NCBI GenBank assembly: GCA_047967505.1
Contig: CM106538.1
Origin: Dipteris shenzhenensis
Lineage: Eukaryota
DNA: 64,000 nt
Strand: one strand, 5' to 3'
Position numbers and translations under genes: made by a program. This document shows, one piece after another, positions 1-12,700 of the stretch. The stretch's first letter is position 1. Each line of letters starts with the position of its first letter. The notes below the pieces were generated by a model. The model searched no databases and was not told the DNA's origin. It was given only the letters and a program-made list of their open reading frames with translations.

Positions 1-128
1 TTTCCAATTTTAAACATCAGAAGGCTGCACACATGGTGTCCACCTAGTAAAAACGCTATCAGACAAAAAGTGCAGTGAATTTGTGGCCTGGCACTGTAGC
101 AGAGAATATGCTTGCAATGGCTAGAAAC
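1..128 (-). CDS. Tentative exon with second half of the RING-like finger (VSSHCKHILCY…); 3' end undefined
   Basis: gttgctag|GTT acceptor, phase 0. CxHxxC continues the CxxC of the previous exon; the downstream frame is ambiguous. Confidence 0.4.
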
Positions 129-401
129 CTAGCAACCGTAAAAGCAAAGTTCTTGAGGCAAATTGATGAAAGAATATAAAAGAAATGCTGGTAGTGATTC
201 TATCTGATATAGATTATTTCAGTCACAGGCAAAGACAACACTAAGTGAAATCCACCCGCTAACACAAGATAGATAAATCTTCTAGGCCCGTACTTCGCAT
301 TTTTAAATCATTACGACTACTAATCTGTGATGCTAAGGAAAGAAATGACAAATGCAACTGATGAAATAACACACAGAACGCAGAAACAAGCTTGCACTAA
401 C

Positions 402-1490
402 CGTATCTGCAGGGCCTTTTCTACAAATAACACAATTCCAAATCTGCTTTTGTTGTCCAGAGGACATTGCCCTCCTTCCATCTGCCTCTATGTCTGTTTC
501 AGCTGTAAGCAAAGATTCCTGATCACAAATCATCACACCTGTTAGTTCTGCATCAACTTTCACAAAAAGCATGGCTTCATCATCAGTTTAAAACCACCAT
601 AGGTAAATGCAGTGGCTTTGGTACTCACCCCACTTACAGACGAATCAATGTTACTTGTGTCACACGCTCTGTGCTCAATACTGGATGCAGATGCCGCTTC
701 TGAACGTCCACTAGAGGAACCAGACTCAATAGGCTTACAAAGCTTACCATCACTTGAATTTGTGGTGGGCAGAGGCATCTGAGGAATAGCATTATTAGAA
801 AGGGATGATCCAGGTGCAGTACAAATCTCCACAAATGGGAAAACAGCTTGCGAATTCTCTATACATGGTCCTGGGACTAACTCCAAGCCTTTCTGTTGCT
901 GCTCTGAAATGTGAACAGAAGAACCTGGGATGAAAGAAGATAGTGACTCAGATGGATTAGATTTCGGACTCCCAGATTGGGGCACAAGTGTATGACGTGC
1001 AGGAGTAGTTATGTGTCTTAAATGGGGTGGCCGATAAGCACCATTCTCTACCTTACTTGAAGACAAGCAGCTACTTTCAGTAGGGGCAGTGAAGCTTATG
1101 CGAGATAGGAGGGCTGTAGAATCCATTCCAACTGCAGTATCCTTGCTTTCTTTAACAATAACGTCAGATGTTACGGTTTTAAATGAATGTGAAGAACTTG
1201 TGCTGGGCGATTCTTCAAACCATGGATCTATGAAGTCTTGACCATGTTTAGATCCATTTGGAATTGCTGAAGAAGAGGACAAAGTAGCAGGGCAGGAGTT
1301 CTCCTGAAAGACTGAAGCATAGGATGGAAAAGTTTTAGACTTTCCAGGAACAGGGGTTTGCATGCCAATGTTTCCTTGTTGAGTGCCAACAAAGAATACC
1401 TTCCGCATTGCCTCCACACCTTCTTTAAACCTGGTGTATTTGTCTCTCGTAATTACTGAAGCAAGCAATTCCAAGCGCTCATCAAGAACC
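402..1490 (-). CDS. Host gene large exon: Ser/Pro-rich linker with YRPPHLR, then first half of a RING-like finger (WNCVICRKGPADT); one frameshift near 590
   Basis: ctcttaccag|G acceptor is phase-compatible. ORFs 560..1534 and 333..572 overlap and differ by one base of frame. ACG|gttagt donor at 402. Confidence 0.65.
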
Positions 1491-1753
1491 CTGGTAAGAG
1501 AAATTTTTTTGTCAAAGTCTCTGATCAAACACACCCAGAATTACACGAGGCCATAGTTTCTTTTGTCATCACGACACATCAAGCTTTGCCAACTCTGGAG
1601 CTATCATTTAACAAGGCTCCACGTAAAGCTCTTATAAAGATTATTGTTTCCCACATATAGCGCACAGATATCATCTAGTCAGAATGACAAAGTGACTCAA
1701 GCAGCAATTTCCCACAGAACTTTTGAGTCTCATAATCGATAGGGAACACTGAC

Positions 1754-1950
1754 CTGCGTGTTAAAATGCATAGTCCAAATGCCAGAACATCACAACCATG
1801 CTGCATGTCGATTAAGGCATTTTGAAGTGACGATGTATTCAATGAGTATAAAATCTCATCCACAATCCGCAACCGAGTTTCTTCATCCACTGAAACCCAT
1901 GTCGAATTATTGAGACGATAAATTACTTTTTAAATACAAAAATTTGTAAG
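1754..1950 (-). CDS. Host gene exon with last PUF-like repeats (…RLRIVDEILYS…DMQHGCDVLAFGLCILTR); in-frame TAA at 1932-1930 as written
   Basis: gatatag|CTT acceptor, AG|gtcagt donor, 197 nt, phase 2 out. Removing one T and adding one A in neighbouring homopolymers gives LTNFVFKKVIYR. Confidence 0.65.
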
Positions 1951-2103
1951 CTATATCTCAAAATACTTAGATATAATGGCACAGACACATATGAACAGAA
2001 AAAAGATCATTAAAAAGGAAATATTCAGATACGGGTTGCTCAATACATTCAAAACAGAGGTCCTCCCACCATTTTGGTTTGTTCTCATGCTTAAGATGCT
2101 TAA

Positions 2104-3905
2104 CTTTCATTGCACAGGCTTATGCAGATGATTCATTCTTCATGCCAAAGAATAGTCCTCTGGAGCTTCGCTTATTGATGGATACCCTTTCTGATTTTGG
2201 GTTGGCAGCTGGTCTAAAAATTAATTTTCAGAAATCAAAACTCTTGCCTCTCAAGCATTGCGACTGGCATGCTATCCTTTGGCCCGGCCAGATTATTCAT
2301 CCGGAAAACATAGTAAGACATTTGGGTTATCCAATTGGCTGGAAAATCAGAAATAAGCAACAAATGTCTTGGGTATTTAACAAAATTCAGAACAAATTTG
2401 AATATTGGAAGATCTCCACTTGGCCTTTGCATGTTCGGCTTCGAATTGTCCAGTCCATTGTTTTAGCTTATGTCCAGTTTTACCTTCCTTTATTACATTG
2501 GTCATCTCGAGATCCCTCTTCTTTTATGTCTCAAGCCATGGAGATTTTTTGGAAAACTAAGCTTCATAAAAAAGCTTTAAGGTTGCTCAAAATGGACCTG
2601 CTTTGCTCACCAAGAATGCATGGTGGTTTGAATATTATAAACATCAAATTTCATGTGTTGGCAAGAAAGATCACTATGCTCAAGACTTTTTTTCAGCAAG
2701 AGCAGCCTTGGTCTATCATGTTGGCATTTTTGTGTGGCCAGATGCGCACAAATGCTTATGGACATACGGAAGTAGTACTTGGCAAGTTTCAAGGTAAAAT
2801 TCCGGGTTGTCCATTTTCCACTGCCTTGATTCAGGAGTGGAAGAAAGTGCTCTCTCGCATCAAATGGTCTCCCCATCCTACTTCTATAGCTTCCTCGCTT
2901 CGAATGGAAAGCCTTCATTGGAGTGCTGTTTTTTACTCTCCTCTTGCTGTACAACAACCAATCAGAGCTTACAATCTCATGAAGCTGGGCATTCGGTTCA
3001 TTGATGATGTGGTAGATACTCAAGGGCATCTTCTCTCTTTTCCGGCAGCATGCCAACACTACAATCTTGGGATGCATCATAGACCCATATGGAAAGCTAT
3101 TGCAAATCTCTTACTCCCTTTGGTTCCAATTCCAACATTGGAAGTAAGAGACAGGCTTCAAGATTGGCATCTTCAGTCTTCAAGTCCACGATTATCCTCT
3201 CAGCCTTTGCATCTATTGACTTCCATACAGGCTTATCGATTGATATTACCTCCTCCATGGATTGCTCATCATGCAAATTCTCTTTGGCATCTGAATAAGT
3301 CTTTAACTTGGTGGAAAGGAAAATTGAAATTGATATGGAAGTTGAAAATGCCATTGAAGCAGCGACTCTTTCTCTGGAGATGTATTGTTGGTATTTTTCC
3401 AGTGGGAGTGAAATTGGCTCAAAGAAGGATTGCCTCTCCTCTTTCTCCAAGATGTCATAATACTCCTGAGAGTATTCAACACTTATTATGGTTCTGTTCA
3501 TATTCCAGAGACCTTCTGGACAAGATCTCCTATTTTTTATCTCTCAGATTTCCTGCACACAGGTTCTCGAGGTTTTTCTGGATGTTTGGCAGATTATCAG
3601 CTTCTTTGTCATAGTATTCTCTTTTCTTCCATTGGACCAGATACTAGGCCTTATGGACCCTCTGGCTACAACGAAATCATGCATATCTGAATTCACCCCT
3701 TCAGCAACCTTATGAGTTCTTCCGGGCCTCATTGCGGCAGTCCTTATATGATGCCTTGCATGAGGAAGATTTGGATGTTTCTTTCATTCAGCTTTTCTTT
3801 TATTGTTTCTGATGGATAGGGCATTGGCTCTTTTCTTGAGCACTGCCCTGTTGTAAAATGGATGTTTCATAATATAATTTTCTTAGTTTCACAAAAAAAA
3901 AAAAA
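2104..3905 (+). mobile_element. 5'-truncated L1-clade LINE, family A (RT C-terminus from YADD, zf-RVT region, poly(A))
   Basis: ORF 2079..3614 has AYADD, GLKINFQKS, RHLGYP, GGLNI and ESIQHLLWFC; A13 tail at 3893-3905. Confidence 0.9.
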
Positions 3906-3922
3906 GTGTATGTGTTAGAGGG

Positions 3923-4010
<88 letters not shown>

Positions 4011-4092
4011 CCATTGGGCCCTCCTTTGGAGTCTAATGTCATGTACATTGATTTCATGTTAATATAGTAATGTGCTTTCACAAAAAAAAAAA

Positions 4093-4134
<42 letters not shown>

Positions 4135-4135
4135 G
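3906..4135. repeat. Two compound (GT)n(GA)n microsatellites separated by a short LINE-like 3' end
   Basis: Directly visible at about 3923-4007 and 4093-4135. Confidence 0.95.
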
Positions 4136-4139
4136 CTGT

Positions 4140-4416
4140 AGCCCTTGCTTCAGCCTTCCCATCAGTTTCCTAGCCTCCTCAAACCAGCCCGTTGGTATCA
4201 CCTATCACTGCATCAGTTTTTACAAAGCAATAATTTGAAGCTGGAGGATGCTACGTTTGATTCTCCTCCAGCTTGATATGTAACTTTTTACTTGGCTGCC
4301 TCATGAGTTTGGCTCTGAGGCTTTACTTGTAAATTTTTTCCTTGTACTTATTGGTGCGTTTTTTTCTCTTTTGAGGTTTCCCATACAGAAATATAAGATT
4401 TCACTTTTAAAAAAAA
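4140..4416 (+). mobile_element. Short diverged LINE family A 3' end
   Basis: Ends aatataagatttcactttt-A8-gtgt, like the other family A ends. Confidence 0.55.
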
Positions 4417-5284
4417 GTGTGTTGGGGGGAGGGGGGGAACAGAGCATGAGCGTGAGTGCATAAAGCCTTCTTTAAAAAAGGAATGCATTACAGCTTTCTG
4501 CTTTTTGAAAGCAGCTTATGAACACCTGGGGCAAAATGGGTACAGACTTTTGCAAATGAGAGTCTCAGGAATACTTACAACATGTTGGCATGGGCAGCAC
4601 GCCAACCATATCAATGTATGGCAGAAGATATATGTTCAATACTGTAGTATAATAAGCTTGCCTAGTTAAGGTATCAATGCCATACCAAAGACAATTGCAA
4701 AATTGAACTATCAGAGAGAAAAGGAAAACCTTTATAAACACCTGCATAGACAACCTAAGGGAATATATAGACAACCTAAGGGAATATAAAGGATTCTACA
4801 ACTATTCTTGGGTAAAGTTGTGTGCTTAAATTGATGATCGTCCTCTTGCTAACCTACTAACCTTTATATCAATTCCATTTACACCATCGTTTCTAGAGTT
4901 CAAGGGGCTGCTAGAGTTCTATGATTTTCAGCCTATTGCAACCATGTAGAACACTCTCTTGTCACCTTCTCTAGTAAAGTCCTTGTTCTTTACTTTTACA
5001 GAACCTTTGGATGACCTGCTCCTCGTTCTGTACAAGTTCAGTCGTACCTCGGTGCCCTCCTACTTTGGCAAATGATGCAACACCCCTTCCATCAGGTTCC
5101 CCTTTGTGTTGAGCTGAATAATTTTCTGTACTTCCATATTGGGGGGAGGGGGGGGGGGGGGGGGGGCGGGGGGGACGAAAGGAAGAAAAAGACGCAAGAA
5201 CACAGGTGAGGCAGTCAAAATTCAGAATCCTTGGTGAACCATCATTCCCCCCTCCCCTCCCCCCTCTCCAACAAACACAAACAC

Positions 5285-6110
5285 TTTTTTTTTTTTGGTG
5301 AAACTAAGAAAATTACATTATGAAACAATGGACTGGACAATTCGAAGCCGAACATGCAAAGGCCAAGTGGAGATCTTCCAATATTCAAATTTGTCCTGAA
5401 TTTTGTTAAATACCCAAGACATTTGTTGCTTATTTCTGATTTTCCAGCCAATTGGATAACCCAAATGTCTTACTATGTTTTCCGAATGAATAATCTGGCC
5501 GGGCCAAAGGATAGCATGCCAGTCGCAATGCTTGAGAGGCAAGAGTTTTGATTTCTGAAAATTAATTTTTAGACCAGCTGCCAACCCAAAATCAGAAAGG
5601 GTATTTATCAATAAGCGAAGCTCCAGAGGACTATTCTTTGGCATGAAGAATGAATCATCTGCATAAGCCTCTGCAATGAAAGGCCGTGAGCCAGGAATCT
5701 CAAGCCCCACTAACTATCCAATATCAACCAGATGATCCATATAAAGAAGCAAAGGATGTGAAGCAATAGCATAGAGCAAAGCACTGAGAGGGCATCCCTG
5801 TCGAACTGATCGTTCCAGATTCCAAGACTCAGACAAATGATTCCCTATAAAGCATTGAGCAGTGGAATCTGAGTAAAGCCAATATATGACAATAACTAGC
5901 TTTGGCCCAAAACCAAGTTTAGACATGATTTGAGAGACATAATCCCACTGTACGGTATCAAATGCCTTTGCCACATCCACCTGCATGACCAAAACATCTT
6001 GAGCTGAATATTTTGCATATTCCATTGCGATGAGGGTATTGGAAATATTATCATGTATATTCCTTCTTGGAACAAAACCATATTGCCTTGGATGAAGTCC
6101 ATATGAAGGA
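5285..6110 (-). mobile_element. 5'-truncated, internally deleted LINE family A copy with TSD
   Basis: RT motifs QYGF, DVAKAFD, RQGCPLS and YADD. Nearly identical to 2104-2463. T12 at 5285-5296. Imperfect TSD tccaacaaac(ac)aaacac at 5267-5284 and 6111-6126. Confidence 0.9.
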
Positions 6111-6224
6111 TCCAACAAACAAACACACACACACACACACACAATATCTTTACCCCTTTTCCTCCTTGGCATCCCCACTTGTACTCCAACCATGAAAAAA
6201 TTCTAATTCCATCCCCCAATGAGA

Positions 6225-7700
6225 AAGAATTGTATTAAGTATGAGAAAAGCCCCAAAGACAATGTTCAAGACAAAAGTTAACCATGCGAGAATCAAGCTC
6301 TACCCAACAAAAAAGCCCAGTAAAGATCCAAGGCTGAGGCTGAAAGTGCCATCTCAAATCTCTAGTAACCTTTAAGAAGAAAGGACAGCCTCTCTGCTTT
6401 CTGAGGAAGATAGTACTCATGGCAAAATCAACTTGCATACTTGACCAAAGGACCATCATAATGTGTACAATGTCTTTCCAAATACTAGTCGTCGGTGGAA
6501 TTGGGAACGATCAAGTGCCTTTGTACATGTGGATCTCTAGATATGCCAGGCTGAAATGCTTGCTACGATCTCCTAACATGGGTCCATCAAGGATTGTACA
6601 AATCTGTAGGGAGAGAATAGAACAACGTCCAGAGAGCATAGCTCAACCAAATGATGTCGAACCGAAAAAGCCCAAGGGGAGCTATGCCTCAAATTAAACA
6701 CCTGAGACCCAGACATAGAGTCAGGACATTGAGCTGTACGTGATAAAGAAAGGGGAGCGAGCAAATCTACTCAAAAGTCTTGCAATGTCCTTGGCTTGTT
6801 TGCAATCCCAAAGGCAATGTTGAATGTACCCCTCAGCAGAGAGGGAATGTGAGCATGAAGTGGGAGTCCAAACGTAGACTTCCATTGATACTTAATAATC
6901 CCTCCATGAATAGAAACCCAAAAGAAGAGAGTGATTTTTATATTCTTGGGAACTTTCAGAGCTTTCCCCCAAAAAAAATCTGCAATTCTCCTGAAATCTG
7001 AAACGCCTAGTTAGCAGCTCTTAAGAGCTTTCAGTCCCTAACGTTGAGCTGAAACCTCTTGGCATTGTTAACAATGTAGTGGAAAGATGGGAGATTCTTT
7101 TCATGGTTTCTTGCATCAATTCACTCCCACTCCCCAAGATCCCAATGCAAGTACTGATAGGAACACCCCCCAGCCGAGAGGGATGTCCCGAGATGGGGGT
7201 CTAAATACTAGTTAGAAGCCAAAAAACAGTGCTCCACATGACCCACAATCCTGATTGGCTCAAAGTGCACATGAACGATGATATTCTCATCCACGGACGC
7301 GGATAGCCTGCCCTTATAGAGTGCACATCAGAAGACCAAGGCATCTCCATATCTATCTTACTGGAGATCATATGTCCTGAAATGGGATGCCTATCATCCA
7401 TCTAACTCTATTGTGCTGTCTCTCATTTGTAAGGACCAAGTCCAAGAGTAAGGCTGCCTGAACCTGCTCAAACCTCCTCCTGCTGCTTCTGAGGTGATTA
7501 ATGTAGGACTGACCTGAGATCAGCAGGAAGGCCTTTGTATTCATTAAATCTCTGAGATAAGGCTTCTATTTTTGGACTGGTACTTTTCTAAGCTGTACCC
7601 TGTTTTTGCTTTAGTTGCTGCCTCTCCGTACCTATGGTGAGCCCCTCTAGTAGATGCCAGAAACGAATTCAATTGAACCTAAGCAGAGGATAGAATAGAA
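6225..7700 (-). mobile_element. Degenerate L1-clade LINE family B ORF2 3' portion
   Basis: LHWDLGEW and LRWHFQPQPWIF match LDWDPGEW and LRWHYSPPRWLF of the full-length LINE at 30900-38236. Boundaries approximate. Confidence 0.7.
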
Positions 7701-8179
7701 GAATCCTAGGATAGCTAGAAATTAGCTGAAGTCAAGTGCACCCGCGGCAGGAAGACATTTTGCTTTAAAAACAGGACATATCAATTACGATTGAAATCAT
7801 ACATTGCATATCCCTTCTAGCAGCGCTTACGACTGAGATGGTAATGTGGAAACTGCATTTGAGGTGGGATTTCTAGAGAATCGAAGCAGATTTAAGAATG
7901 CCTGGCCGCCTTTTAGTGACAAATTTAATCTCCAGTTAAAGATTTACCATCCATGAGGGCTTTATTCAGGAGGTCAGCCTGATCATAATGATGTAAAAAT
8001 CATTCAAATTGATAACTTTGAAATTTCACCCTCTAACATGCTGATATGTGGCAACCAAAGATTGGGGCAACTTTCCGCACCCAAAATTTGCATAGAAGAG
8101 TGTCACAGGCTCATGAACACATTCTCCGAATTTCAAAATGAAAGGACATGATTTTCCCACATTTTCCCATGATTTTCAT

Positions 8180-8191
8180 GCTCTGATACCA
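8180..8191 (-). other. tRNA-iMet primer-binding site next to a probable orphan LTR starting at 8193
   Basis: gctctgatacca (= TGGTATCAGAGC) followed by c-tgaaagag; the partner LTR was not found. Confidence 0.55.
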
Positions 8192-9735
8192 CTGAAAGAG
8201 AACTAGCCCTGACTTTGGCTAACTCTTCCTGGCTAAATAGACATTCCTAGACTAGCCCTCATCAAACTCTAGAGCAGAACTTTTTGCTTTTTTTTTAAAA
8301 AAAACTCTAGAGCAGAAATGAGTAATTCAGACGAAGTACTTGCCTTAGGCCAGAGCATTTCCATTTAGAAGCAGTGAGTACAATGCTGAAGGGAATAGAA
8401 AGGTCCCTCTTAGAGTGGAGAGAGTAAAAGTCAGGGGACGGACTCAAGCTGAAATACCCAATTTGGTATAACAGTGTATAGATCATAAGCTGAGTACAAA
8501 TGAGGCAGCCATGCCCTATAGGATCAAGGCAGGCTGTTTTACAACTTCGTATATGGGATAATACCCCAACATTGCCATGTGGCATCTCCTAGCAGCCTAA
8601 AGTACAAAGTATTAGCTACAAAGCCAATTTGAAAAAGCCACTAAACTAACCTGTTTGTTACAACTAGGCTCCTTGGCCCAAAGGCTAATAAACATGCCGA
8701 AAGGATTCTTTATGTAGCATGGATGGGTTGAATTAGTCTAAAACATGAGGTCACAGAGACTTGCAACCATAGGAGGACAAAGACCTAGATGAAGACTTGA
8801 GGCCAAGGTGGAGAAGGAGAGCAGACAACAAGACCGTGGAAGTAAGAGGAGGTCAGGCAGCCATTGGGGAGGAGATTTGGAGTCAACTGATGAAGCAGCC
8901 CCAGCAACCAGGAGCTGATTCCCCAGAACGGCAAGGAGCCAGCTTTGCAAATAAAGAGGGGTTGAGCCTACTGCAACCCATTGAGGATAGGGAAGACCTA
9001 GATGGAAAGGACCCCAGCAAGCTATGTCCATGACTAGTGACGAGGAAGAGGGGATTTTGAATGAAAGACAAGCTAGAAGGGAAAGCTCACTTTGGAGAAG
9101 TAGCAGGAGAACTAACGTTTGGTGTATGTTCTTGGGTGGAAAGAGGAAGTCCAGCATTAGAGATTGAGTAGGTCTGGTTGGGGTGCATCCCAGAGCAGAG
9201 AGCCACCGTGGGGAGCACATATTGATACTCATTGTTCTTGTAATTGCATTGAAGATTGGGTAAATCTGGCAGGGGTGCACCTGGCAGCAAGGAGCCACTG
9301 TGATCCCTAAAGCTCCATTGTACTAGTTTTGATCATGCTCCACCTTTGGGGGAGCACATATTGATACTCATTGTTCATAGCAATGTGTGATCTTGTTGTG
9401 TCGTGTCCTCAGCACTCAAGCCGGTTGGAAAGACCAGTAAAAGCTCATTAATTTATTCCTGTACTATGCATGCTTTGTGCTCAGGATGCAAGCAAGGGTG
9501 AAGGAGCGAGAAAGCCATATTTATAACAAACAGCTTACTTTTTTATTCATCCCTCGAACTGTACAGCTTCTCTCTCCTAGATCCGTAATCACAAAGTTAC
9601 ATGTAAGGAAAGCCATCCGCTCCAACCATCCAGATACTTCTCATATTCCTATTTACACAAGTCTCACACTCCTTAATCAAACTACTCTAACCCCGCCCCC
9701 CCCCCCCCCCCCCCCCCCCGATCTTTCCCTCCCCC

Positions 9736-12700
9736 TGTCAACAATTTTATCTATGCACGATTCTGTCTGTAGCCTGAATCTCTGCTCGTCATTGAAGCAA
9801 TCACGGGCGATGGCTATCTGTTATACCACCCAGCCTTTTCTCTGGGATAGTAAATCATCAGATCCATACGTTATTTTATTCATACCTATCCATGAGACCC
9901 TCAAATCCCTAGATAGTTCTCCTTGCCAAATGTCATCAATTTAGCCTCTCCACTTGGTGCACCTTTTTTACCCTCTCTTGGGGCACATTAAAAACCACTT
10001 GCCCCTTGGCATTATTGCACATTTAGGTGCACCTAGGCCTTAGCACTTTGAACTATCTAGTCAATGCCATTCCGCCCTCACCTAGGACCTTGGCAGTTAC
10101 TTCTCTTGACCATTTCAATTACGCACATTAACTATTACAAAAGTTGGTCATCTAAGAGAAAATGCCCACCGATCTATCCGAGGTCATGCTATCACGGCTA
10201 GAGCATAACATTCCTTCCCTCCTTCAAGCATCAGCGTCCTCGATGATGAAATCTGGGAAAGCTCTCCGTAACTGGTATACGGATTCCCAGGTAGCTTCCG
10301 ATAGAGGCTGACCATGCCATGCAACCAACACCGTGGGTATCTTCCGATTTCGTATTTGCATTGTTCCTCGGTCCAAGATTCTTGTTGGTTGGCGCTTTGC
10401 AATATCCTCTATCTCCTGAAACAAAACCACACCTTCGATTAGTGAGTCACCTGTATGCAAAAATTTCTTTAAGCACGAAACATGAAAACCGGGTGCACCT
10501 TACACCCCTGTGGCAATTCTAATTTATAGGCTACACTGCCTATTCTTTTTAGAATTAACCACGGCCCACAGTATCGAGGTGATAACTTAGCACACTCTCC
10601 TGAAGTCAACGACTTCGAGTGCGAAGGAACTCTGAGAAAAACTTTTTCTCCTTCTTCAAATACTCTTATAGACCGATTTTCATCCGCATATATCTTGGCT
10701 CTATCCATAGCCTGACGGATGTTAGCTCTCGCAAGTGCTAGCATCTCCCGCATCTGAACTACAAAGTTCGCGGCACTAGGCACTTTCTGAGGTACTCCAA
10801 CTATAGTTGGATTGGCTGGGTCTATAACCATAGTTCAGTTCAAACGGACTGAACCCGGTAGAGGAATGTTTCCTATCATTGTAGGCAAACTCCAACAATG
10901 GCAACCACTTGTCCCACGTATGTTGCCTCAATGACACATATGCCCTCAGCATATCCTCTAAAGTCTGGTTGACTCTCTCCGTCTGACCATCCGTCTCAGG
11001 ATGATCCCCACTACTCATTCCCAACTCAGTCCTTAGTGTCTCAAATACCGCTGTCCAAAAATGACCGGTAAATCTAACATCTCTGTCTGACACTATGGAT
11101 CTAGGCAATCCATGCAGACGAAATATATGTTTAATGAACAAATCCGCCACTTGCGGGGCACTAACAGACTCTCTAGTCGGAATGAAGTGAGCCATCTTGG
11201 TTAGACGATCAACCACCACAAGGATAGAATTATATCCTCCTTGTGTTGCAGGTAGTCCTACAATAAAGTCCAGGAAATGCTCTCCCACTTACTTAGTGGT
11301 ATTTCCAAGGGCTGTAAAAGTCCGAGTGGCTTCACCCGCTCGGCCTTACTTACCTGACACGAGAAACACCGTGTCACATATTCATGAATATGCTTTTTCA
11401 TCTTTGGCCAAAAGAAATCTCGCTTCACGAGATCATATGTCTTCTCGACTCCTGGATGTCCCGCACACGGGCTATCATGGCATTGTCGAATGACTCTCTG
11501 CCTGAGATCATTCTGACTAGGTACTACAACCTTGCCATTTCTAACTAGCATACCATCCCTTATGGTATACTTGCATAAGTTTGGCCTTTCCTGGATGCTA
11601 GGTCATCCTTTTCACTTTCCCCGGGTTTTAACACATGAGCTTTAGGCCATAAGCTCTGGACAAACTCGTCCACTTTTTGAGTTTCTCTTATCTCGGTCAT
11701 TAGAGCACTCTCTAATACCGTGAAACTCAGGTTGTGCATAATGCGAGACAACGCATCAGCCACCTTATTGTCTTTTCCTCTTCGGTACCGAATCGTTAGA
11801 TTAAACTCCTGCATGAGCTCTGCCCACCTAGCTTGGCGGCCCCTCAAGTCAGGCTGTTTACAAAAATGTTTCAGAGTATCATAATCTACATCCACATAAA
11901 ACTCTGAACCATACAAATAATGCCTCCATGTTTTCAAAGCATGGATAACAGCATACAACTCCAATTCATGAGTTGGCCAATTCTTGAGAGGGAGAAAGCT
12001 TCTTGCTTTCAAAGGCTACTGGCCTTCCCTCTTGAAGGAGGACTGCTCCTACCGCAATGCCACTTGCATCGGTTTCTAGGAACAACGGTTTCTGGGGATC
12101 AACTATTTTAACACCGGTCCTGAGACCACAGCTTGTTTTATGGTGTTAAAACTTTCTTGTTGATTCTGTCCCCAAATAAAAGGTACTTTATCTGAGGTCA
12201 GATCAGTCAATGGCGATACTATTCCGGAATATCCTTTGATATGCCTTCTATAAAACTGGACAAATCCCAAGAATGACGCAACACGCGGTCAGACTCTGAG
12301 GGATTGGCCAAGTTAGTATCGCAGCCACTTTCTTCGGATCCATTTCTACCCCTGTGGAGTAATTATGAACCCTAAGTATTCAAGCCTAACCATACACAGT
12401 ATAGTTTTCTTTTTATTCACAAAAAGACTGGCTTTCCTCAAAGTACTGAACACTATTCTTAAGTGTTCACGATGCTCAGTAACACTTTTACTGAATATCA
12501 AGATATCGTCAATAAAATGTACTACGAACTTTCCGATATACGGACGTAGTAAATCGTTCATAAGCATGACGAAGGTCGCTGGAGCATTGGTAAGTCCGAA
12601 GGGCATTACCAAAAACTCATAATGACCAAACCTCTAAAAAAAAGCGGTTTCATGCACATCCTCGGCTCTAATCCGGATCTGATGGTAGCCGCACTTAAGA

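Noticed and set aside
8738-9298. 186-aa ORF as gag of the element primed at 9421
   Set aside because: No gag or zinc-knuckle motif recognised.
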